A stretch of DNA of 64,000 nucleotides from Blastocystis sp. Blastoise. Lineage: Eukaryota > Protista > Bigyra: Opalinata. Under the pieces are notes generated by a model. That model ran no database searches, was not told the DNA's origin, and saw nothing but the letters and a program-made list of their open reading frames with translations. The stretch is taken from assembly GCA_039096225.1 (NCBI GenBank), contig JBBPEB010000032.1:620001-684000 (forward strand), read 5' to 3'. Positions 50,501-64,000 of this stretch are shown here, one piece after another. Position numbers and translations under genes: made by a program. How positions within the stretch are numbered: position 1 is the first letter of the stretch; every line of letters begins with the position of its first letter.

Positions 50501-51981
50501 AAAAATAATAATAATTATCAACATTTACAATACTTAGTTTAGCATACTTCTGACTACTTTATCACAATTGAATCACTGTCTAATAGCTTCAGGTACTGTC
50601 AATAACCTATAAATACAAATAAATATGAATATAATTGTAATTAAGTTTTTGAGTTTCAAATAAAAAGAAAATATTAATACTACAGAGATGATATATACTT
50701 CCTGAGATAGCTAGAATAAAAAATAAAATATAAATACTAATAATTCATTCAGAATATGTATTTAAAATGCTGCTTTTTTTTATAAGAAAATAAAGTTAAT
50801 TTTTTTTATAAGAAATTTACAGTGTAATTCTTTTAATACAAAGTCAGTCGCCACTGAATTTTCTTAAAACAGAAAAAGTCTGCCTACTATTTAACTTTAG
50901 ATTATAAAAATCATTGAATTATTATAAATGGATTTATTGATAAAACTATTAATTATATTTGTTTGTACCGTTTTGAATGAAGAAGAATTTGTGTATAGAA
51001 TGTTATTCATTAACTTTAATAAGAATAAAAAGGAAAAAAAAGCTAATTTGTTAAAAATATTTTTTTTGATATCCTTAAATAAAGTATTCATATAATGTGT
51101 CTACCAAGTATTCTAAGCACAGTCAAATGCAAATTATTCAACAAGAAGATAATTAAGAAAATGTTGATATAATCGTAGTATTCTTTTTAATTTTATTTAA
51201 GGTTCTTCTAACTGTCCTCATCAAAATAAACCCAGTAGACACCTATATTCAACAGTTTAATACAATATTTTTCCATCACCATTAACTAGTTGTTTCTATA
51301 ACATTTTCACATCAATTACAAGTATCATCGACTTTCCAAACAATATATATTATTCATATTAAAAATTATATACTCTAATACAAAATAATTAAAAAAATGT
51401 AATGTTGTGTTTGCTTTTTATAAAAAAATACACAAAATGAGTATCAAGCGCCACTTGGTGGTCAGAAAGTCGAGGTAAAAAAAGATTTAAGAGCGTGTTC
51501 ATTTTTTTTGGCGCTTAGGGGTACCACCAAATGGGGCTACACGGGAAAAACCTGCCTACAGGTGACGTCCAATTGATTATTCTACTATATATCCAAATGA
51601 TTCCTTATCAATATCAAAATGCTTCATAATTTTATGTTACTTATACGAAACAAAAAAAAAACTCTCTTACATTTTGTTTAGAGTACAATTAAAAATATAG
51701 ATAAATTTTTATATCACAAAAGAAAATAAGCAAACAAATAAGTATAAGTAAAAACAAATTGAATAATTATAAAGAAAGTGAAATATGTAATACTCATGAA
51801 AAACAATTAAAAAAGGCAAAAAAATAAACTAAGAGACTATATGTATATTTTAATAATTATATCTAAGATTAGAATAAAACATATATATATATATATTATT
51901 GTGTCATATAAATAACAATAACAAAAAAAACATAAATAATATAAAGTATAAATTTTATTAATACTTAAGATTGAATAATGT

Positions 51982-55690
<3,709 letters not shown>

Positions 55691-56237
55691 ATTCACTTCA
55701 CCTCACCCAATAATAAAACTAAAAAGGTTTATGATTAAATAAAATAAAATCTTGTTCCAAGTTTCATAAAAACCAAGAATGATTACCTTTTTAAGTTGAC
55801 ATTTATCATTTTTCCTCTTTTGATTTGGTCTTTCTTATAAATACCATTTTTTATTTTCTTTTTTTGGTTTAATTTATGATTTCATAATGAATCTCATTAT
55901 ATCTTTTTAAAATTATGTATTTAAAAAAACAAACACTTTATTTGAAATATCTAATTTGCATCAATATATCATTTTACAAGTCATTAAGAGTGAATTGAAA
56001 AATTTTATGCTTATTCACATGCTATTTTACTTTACAATATATATTCAGAAATTTGTTATAGCCGGTAGAAGTCATTTCATAACAAAAATAATATTTTTAT
56101 TTGATCAATTATTTTTAGTATTTGTTGATAAAGCACTAATTTATTCATATTCATATGATGTAAATAAAAAACAATTAAATTGGTGAAGAGAAACAAAACA
56201 TAAGGTCATTCGAGATGAATCTAAAACAATTGTTTGT

Positions 56238-57638
56238 TTATTGTGATTTCTTGTGAGATTTCTTTGTAACTTTGTTGGTGTTCTTCCAATAAATGAGAAT
56301 TTGAAGGACAAGAATTACATTACACACAGTACTAGAGATGGTGCATATAACCATGATAGTATCATCAAGTTCAGTAAGAATAGTGAAGATTCTAGCAACG
56401 TTACCTGCAAGAGTTAATAACCAAGTAATTAAGGATAACTAGATAAAGAAATGTAAATATTAGTCATTATATATTATTTATAATGATGAAAAAATACTTA
56501 TTATAGTGTATAAAGAATTAAATATATAAAAAATGATGAAATAAGATAAGAAATACATAAATAATAAAAAAAATATATAATAAATAAATAATAATAAAAA
56601 AATAAATAATCATAATAAATAAATAATAATAATAATAATAAAATATATAATAAAAAAATATATAATAATAAATAATAATAAATAATAATAAATAATAAAA
56701 AATACTTGACCAGTATGGTGTTGTTTATGATTTGTAATAATTTGAGGAACACGAGCAGCGACAGCAGCAACAGTACCCATTATAGGCATCATATATTGAT
56801 AGTACACAATATATTAAGGAGAACTACTTATATACTAAAAATACTATTTATTTAGTATAGAAAAATAATAAATATAAATTTAAAAAAATATATATATTAG
56901 AAAAAGAATAATGGTAAATAGTATCATCATTATATTAAAAAGATATTTCTTTAGGAATATTCATAAGGAAATAACCAAAGAAAGGTAATCCAAGAAGGAA
57001 ACATAATTTAGACATGATACTCACTTTAGACTTCTTTGAAGCAAATCTATTGAAAAATGAAAATAAATAAAAAAAAAAAAAAAAATAAATAAATAAAAAA
57101 TGAATAATTATAATAATAATAATAATAATAATTATATAAGTTTAAAAATAATATATAATATATACTTCCAGAAAAGGAAAACAAGGAAAATATTTTGAAT
57201 TAAAATAATAACACTTTCACCATAAGTAGAAAAAGGATAATTATTAATATAATTATAGACAACACTAGGTAAGAAAGAGAAACATTCAAGATAGAAGGAC
57301 ATGACATTTAAGCCAGTAACTGTTTTACTAGAAAGAATCTTAATGATTTGAGGCATCTTTAAGATTGCAGAAGCTACTACAATTCCATAACCAAGTCCTT
57401 TACTTAAAGTGATTTTCAAGCATTCCTTATCGAGAAGATCTCCTTCATTCACAAAGGTATTATAACAATTTTCTCCAATTATCATAGAAACAAATTGGTG
57501 AAGGTATTCATTTTGGAAAGGCTTTAAAATAGTCTTTACAGTTTCATTAGGTTCTGCCATAGCCAAGATTAAAAAGAGAGCAAGTACAACAAACCTATGA
57601 CTCATTAAATGTAGAAACAATAGATATATTTACTTCAT
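56238..57638 (-). CDS. MPDU1: PQ-loop protein, mannose-P-dolichol utilization defect 1 (MPDU1/Lec35)-like
   Basis: 'CLKITLSKGLGYGIVVASAILKMPQIIKI', 'YPFSTYGE', second PQ loop 'ARVPQIITNHKQHHTGQL' and 'GNVARIFT'. ATG 57638 is followed by a 39-nt intron; TAA 56240-56238. Confidence 0.9.
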
Positions 57639-58187
57639 TTTCAAGTTAATAACGCAAAAAGTAAATGAAATTGAACTTTAGAAAAAATCAAGAATTCGAA
57701 AAGAATAGTAGATTAAGTGAAAAATGGTTCAACCAATGAATCTTGTCTGTAATTTGTTAATGAAGTTTCAAACAATTCTATGGGAATCTTTTTAAAAGTC
57801 ACTAATTATTTAATCTCCACCGGGAATATTATTTTATGACTTTTTTTTCATTTTTTTCTTTTGTATAAAAGGCAATGATGTCTTATATTTACTATATACA
57901 CATATATAAATATAGAAAGTCAGTATTTATAAAATTCGAATTTAAATAACAATATAGTTTCATTTTTCATCTATTATAATTCAGCTTTTTGAATAAATTT
58001 TTCAAATTCTATCATACAAACAGTCATAATCTTTCTAATGAATATAATTAAATATGTTTATTTCAATCAATCACATAAAAAATAACTCCTTTACCAAAGT
58101 TTTTTATGCTCGTTTTCGTTGAGTTCATTTTTTTTTGTGTCTTTTTCCTTTTGTTTCATCCGTCTACGTGCTAATTAAGTGCAAAAA

Positions 58188-58917
58188 ATGTATGTTTCAC
58201 TATATTATGGATGGTCTTCATTGAAGACTATGATGAGTGATAACATTACTATTGAAAATATGATTCATTATTATGTTGTGGTATTGTTTTATGTTTAGTT
58301 GTATAGATTAAGCTATATATAACTATAGGAATATAAGAAATGGATTGATGCAACTCAAATATCTCAAGTACAAATACTTTATCTTAATAAACCTGTTCCT
58401 GTAAAAGCTACATTACGGTCTCTTACAAATGAGAACAGTATTACTCTCTATGTCAGTCTTGTTAGAGATGTGAAATTTCTATTTGATGCAACGTGTTGTA
58501 TATATATATTTCTTTGTATTCATTTAGTATATTATATATATAGATAATTCACTTAGTCATTATGAAGAAACAAAATCAATTTTATCTTTTCGTTATTTTA
58601 CTTTTTATGTTGACAGACTCTATTTACAATCATTAAAAGTTATTCAAATTGGTATCTATATATTAAAATAAAATTATTATATATATCTTTTATGATATTT
58701 GTAAAAATATTATATTTGTCGATTCTATTTGGTCTTGTTAATATCTATATAATTTATTTTGCCAATTTTATGTATTCAAATAGTTTATATATATATATAT
58801 ATAGATTGTTCAAATACAGAATTAGTGACACCTTCTTTATTAAATATATTTTTTGAACATGTTGGAAAATATACATTTCGTGAACTTATATTTTTATCTG
58901 TAACAAGTATGTTTATA

Positions 58918-58953
<36 letters not shown>

Positions 58954-61900
58954 TTTGAATAGAAATGTTTTCTCAGCAATTGTCAACAACTTCTCAATTG
59001 CTTTGAAAGGTTTTCCTTATTTGAAACTAGAAATACTTAAAATTAGTAGTATGTTTGTATTCTAATACTTGTTTACCTAGTATTTTTATATAAATCATTT
59101 TTTTACATTTTTATTATCTATTAGTATTAATTGAAACATTGATCTATTTATATTAACTAATATATATATATATATAATTATAATAGGTTCAAAGAGTCAA
59201 GATTTACTAAAACAATTAATTGAAAATATTAAAATGTCATATTCAATTCAAACATTAATTATTGAAAGTATCTATTTATATATATATAATATTTGAATAT
59301 TCTAATATCATTTTGAATTATAGATAATGAATTAAGTGATTCGCATGCAGTAATACTGTTACCATTAATATTAACCATATTTCCTCAAATTACTAATCTA
59401 TATATTGGATGTATGCATTATATATATTATGTATTCATTGCTATTAAAATAATTCTTTCTTATTTTATATATCTATTATTGATTTATATATATATATATA
59501 TTATCTCCATATATTTATATATATAGATAATCCAATAACTATTTCTGCATTTAATCGTGTAAACTTATCTTTAAACAGAAATCAATATTTAAAGATTTAT
59601 GTTAATGGTAATTATTTACGATATATATATATAATATATAGTTTTTATAAAAATATATTATTATTTATGATAAAAAGTAATCATGATTATTAAATTATAG
59701 ATACATACATCACATTTGGAGATATTTTAACCCTAAGTAATCTATTTAAATATTATATAAAATTATCACAAACTGATTTCATGGAGATAGAGAATTCAGC
59801 ATATATAAATATGCTTTCTTCTAGTACCTATAATAATTATTCTTTATATAATTCATTTATTATTTGTCAGTTATATTGTTGTAATGTCCCATTATACTCT
59901 GAAGAATTCTCATTACTATTCTATCAAAATACAAATATAGATTATATTCTATCAGATATTAATAATGAAAATAAATCACAAAATCACTTGAATAATCAAG
60001 ATAATCAGGATTCTCAAAAAAAAGGATTCTTCTCAAAAGTATTTTCATATGTTTTTGGATATGGACAATCAACAAATGATGTTCATAAACCTAGTGATAC
60101 AGATATTGATAATCACTCTTCTTCTTCCTCTTCTTCTGCTACTATTAATAATGCTCCTATCTCTTCTTCTTCTTCTTCATCATCATCTTCTAATCGACCT
60201 ATAAAAATGAATAATTCTTATTATTCCTCTACTTCTACTTCCTCTACTATTTCTAACTCAATTTCTATGAATAGTAATTCTAATACTGCTAAATATTTAA
60301 CTCCTTCTATTCCTTCTAACCCATTATCAGTATCATCATCATTCATCAATAGTAATCCATCGACAACAAATACTAAATCTATTCATTCAGTATCTACAGA
60401 ACAATCAATATATAATCCTTCTTATTTATCATCTTCTTCTACCAGAGAAACTTCTAGTTCTATAAGTCAATCACTATATGATAAATATTATAAAGTCAAT
60501 GATATTAATAATAATGTCAATACATCAAAAGGAACATCGTCGAAAGATATTCCTTCAACAACATATAAAGCATCTTCTAGAAGTACTCTTCCTACTTCTA
60601 AACCAAAAGAAAACAGTGCGGATTCTTCTTTCTCTTCTTTAAAAGCAACTAATAATAGTATTGCTAATTCTTCTAAAAAGACAAAAGAAAATAATACTAT
60701 TTCTTCTTCTTCAAAAGTGAAAGATAATAATACTGCTTCTTCTTCTTTAAAAACAAAAGATAACAATACTGTTTCTTCTCCTGCTGTTTCTTCTACAAAT
60801 ATGCCTTTTGATAGTAATAGCAATGATATATATAATAGTTCTATAAAGCAAATACAACCTACATATGCTACTGCTATCAATTCTTTATCTACCAGTATCA
60901 AGTCTATATCTACGAAGATCAATTCTTTATCAACTACTATCAATTCTTTATCTAATAATAATTCTATATCTAATAATAATTCTATATCTAATAGTAATTC
61001 TATATCTACTAATAATTCTATATCTACAGCTAAACCTATATCTACTACTAAGCCTATCATTGTTACTAAACCTATATCTTCTAATACTAAGCCTATATCT
61101 ACTACTACTAAACCTATATCTACTACTAAACCTATATCTTGTACTACTAAACCTATATCTACAGCTAAACCTATATCTACTACTAAGCCTATCATTGCTA
61201 CTAAACCTATATCTACTAATACTAAACCTATATCTACTACTACTAAACCTATATCTTCTACTACTAATTCTATATCTTCTACTACTAAACCTATAGCTAC
61301 TAATACTAAATCTATATCTTCTAATACTAAACCTATAGCTACTAATAATAAACCTATAGCTACTAATAATAAACCTATATCTACAAATACTAATTCGATA
61401 TCTACAACTACTAAACCTGTAACTACTACTACTAATTCTATATCTACTACTACTAATTCTATATCTACTAATACTAAACCTATATCTACTAATACTAAAC
61501 CTATATCTACTAATAATTCTATATCTACTACTAAGCCTATATCTACTAATACTAAACCTATATCTACTACTAAGTCTATATCTACTACTAAGTCTATATC
61601 TACTACTACTAAGCCTATATCTACTAATAATACTTCTATTTCTACTAATACTGCTATTTCAACTACCGTCAATTCGATATCTACTACTACTAAATCTGTT
61701 TCTACTGATAAAAATTCTATATCTAGTACTACTAATTCTATATCTACTAATACTAAACCTATTTCTACAAATAGTAATCTTATATCTCCTATAAATAATA
61801 CTATTTTTACTGTAAATACTCCTATTTCGACTACCAACAATTCTACATCTTTAATTAATAATCAAAAGCAAGAGAATAACATTAATTCAACTATTCCATT

Positions 61901-63071
61901 AAAATCAGAAACAGAATCAAATGTCGAGTCAACTGTATCAAAGAATCCATTAAATACTAACTTGGATCCTAAAAATAACAACAAAGATATATATGAAAAA
62001 ATTCAATCAACAATACCTGATAATAAATATATATTTAAATATGAGGAATGCGTTGGACATGAATGCCTTTGCTGTATATATATAGATATATAATTTTTTA
62101 ATTTATAATCAAAGCTTTTTTATTGGTATATTCAATTATTTTATTTATGTTCTCGTATATACATATATATAATTATATAGTTGATAAGGCTGATAGCATA
62201 TTAAAGAATAAAATTTGTCTCCAAAACAATGATTATAAATCAATTTCTTTTAATGGTATATATATTTATGAATAATTTAAAATAGTATTCATTACATAAA
62301 TATTATATTGTCTTCTAAAGATATTATGTATTAAAATAAAAATAATAATTCTTATAACAATTATAATGGTAATTATTATTGTTAATAGAATTATTATATT
62401 ATAAATAGATTTTTTAAATAATTCTAAAATGATATGAATATACTAATTATAAATATATTAATAATTGAATAACTCAATTAATGACTATTACATATAGGTG
62501 TAATATGCGGAGTAAAAGAATTTGCATATTCTTCTATTGAATCTATGCGTGGTTGCTATTTGGAGCATTTATGTATTAAAAGTATATCTTGAATATTGCT
62601 ACTAATTCATTCATTTTAGTAGTATTATATTTATGTTCAAAATCTAATTCTTATAATATTTCTATATTAATAAGAACTGTTTTTAAATTTTTATTATATG
62701 AAAATTATATATAGACATTTTTATGAAAGAAAAATGGCTATACCATTTTTTATTGAAAATTAAAACGAGATGTAGAAATCTATTGGTATTTGAAGTTATA
62801 AGTATATATATACATATATATATGTTTATCTATTTTTTAAATTATTAATAAAGCTTTTTTTGTAGTTGCTCTGTATGATTATAATTATACGTGCTCTAAA
62901 TATATTTTTCTTTATAGATTGTAATCAAACACAATTTTTAAATTTTTTCAGTCAGTTAAGAGTAAAAGCATTCAGACGTTTGCTATTTTTATCAATAGAA
63001 GGTATATAAACATAGAACTTTATATTTTGTTGAGTTTTTTATGTTTTTTTATCGTATAGATTATATTATGT

Positions 63072-63105
<34 letters not shown>

Positions 63106-64000
63106 CGTCTGCTGATATGTCACTTACAATTTTTTGTAATATAATGAATACTTCAAATAAATTTCCACATCTTGTTTTCTTCAATATTAAAGGTATATAT
63201 CATTTTAAAAAATTCTATTCTACTCTATTTATAATCAAACAGTCTATTGTCTTATATATACATATAGAAACGCAATATAACTCTATGAATAGAGGCTGTA
63301 AACAAGATCTTATAAAAATAGAATTTTATTTAATGTTTCGTTATTATATTATAGGTATTTTTTAACTATCTTCTGTACGAGTTATAAGTGCATAGTGTTT
63401 ATCACTATACCTATTCTATTACATAATCTATTTTATTAAATAATTTCTTTTAAATACTTCCCATAATTTTTATACATGTATTTATATAGTTATAAAGAAA
63501 GTGGAGCTTAGTACTTCTTTACCATTAAGTTCATATATAAGTGGCCTGGATTCCTCTATTTATGAACAATTGAAGAATATATCATTATATAACAAAACTA
63601 CTATTACTCAAAATGATTTATTGGATTATGTAGAAAAGTTATATGCTATTGGTTATGCTGAAGAATACAAAAAAATCACAAATAAAGAATACAGTGGAGA
63701 TTTTTCTAAAATGAGTAGAAAGGAAATGAAGAGAGTTATAAGAGCTGCCATGAGAGCTAATAGTAATTCTACTGCAAGTTCTAAAATTACTAATAGAACT
63801 ACTGTTAATAATAATAATTCTAGAAGAACTCGAGGAAGGATAGCTGATAGAAATATAAGAAATAATCAAATTGTTTTAAATAATCAACAGTCAACAGCTA
63901 TTTCTGATAACAAAATAATAAATAATATTTCTACTTCTACTTCTTCATCTGTTTTATCAAGAACAAAATCAGGATATGTACAATTTGAACAAGAATCAAC
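58188..64000 (+). CDS. RNI-like leucine-rich-repeat protein with a large Ser/Thr/Asn-rich insert; runs off the window end
   Basis: Spliced exons give LRR-like units such as 'LKLEILKIS', 'IQTLIIENNELSDSHAVIL' and 'FPQITNLYIGYNPIT', with introns at equivalent repeat positions. The ~2.4-kb exon (ORF 59781..62093) holds the low-complexity insert, and LRR-like exons resume after ~62500. Start is 58188 or 58230. Confidence 0.65.
60880..61790 (+). repeat. Coding minisatellite of 18-21 nt units encoding (T/N)TKPIS(T) and TNSIST
   Basis: Repeated 'actactaaacctatatct' variants inside the open exon. Confidence 0.92.

Larger units (their letters stand above)
43541..51564. mobile_element. Non-autonomous cargo-carrying CACTA/CMC-like transposon (8,024 bp)
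   Basis: TIRs CACTTGTAGGCAGGTTTTT (43541) and CACCTGTAGGCAGGTTTTT (reverse complement ending 51564) match at 18/19. 3-bp TSD ACG at 43538-43540 and 51565-51567. GC-rich subterminal regions carry repeated GGCGCTT/ACCACC motifs, including AAGTGGCGCTTG (43571-43582) inverted at 51445-51456. No transposase found inside. Confidence 0.87.

Noticed and set aside
44687-50856. CAGTGG...CCACTG as ends of another nested hAT
   Set aside because: Only 6 bp of inverted match, and the 8-bp flanks differ (TACCCCCT vs AATTTTCT).
43541-51564. Transib assignment for the CAC-ended element
   Set aside because: Transib makes 5-bp TSDs; the flanks match over only 3 bp (ACG).
56221-56245. TGTTTGTT motif suggesting Blastocystis-type stop codons created by polyadenylation
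   Set aside because: The motif is on the strand opposite MPDU1, and every complete gene examined has a genome-encoded stop.
60880-61790. CRISPR-like array
   Set aside because: Contiguous degenerate coding repeats without unique spacers, in a eukaryotic context with no cas genes.
60488-61840. 450-aa minus-strand ORF of VVDIGL repeats
   Set aside because: Antisense shadow of the plus-strand TTKPIS repeat exon, which splices in frame with flanking exons.

Overview
Very AT-rich, intron-dense eukaryotic DNA from a probable protist. It uses the standard code and GT-AG introns of about 34-500 nt, many filled with (TA)n or (TAT)n; a Blastocystis-like stramenopile is only a guess. Most entries in the ORF track are exon/intron read-through or microsatellite artefacts. 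Intact host genes: the 3' part of a two-pore channel, a 52-aa DASH/Dam1-subunit-like gene, an ~18 kb filamin-repeat/Cys-rich type I membrane protein, an SLC38/AAAP amino-acid transporter, tRNA-Gly(TCC), an NCS/EF-hand-PIP5K fusion, an MPDU1-like PQ-loop protein and an LRR/mucin-like protein. The main hidden structure is three DNA transposons, each bounded by TIRs and a matching TSD, covering about 39% of the window. (1) A 16,218-bp hAT (Buster-type) element at 23442-39659 with an 8-bp TSD has an intact-looking transposase and carries a decaying, truncated, intron-containing UTP20 copy plus tRNA-like relics. (2) A 680-bp non-autonomous hAT lies at 42847-43526 with an 8-bp TSD. (3) An 8,024-bp CACTA-like element at 43541-51564 with a 3-bp TSD carries a decaying exportin-T copy. 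Together they point to gene capture by large cargo-carrying DNA transposons of two superfamilies. Protein family calls come from motifs recalled from memory, not database searches.
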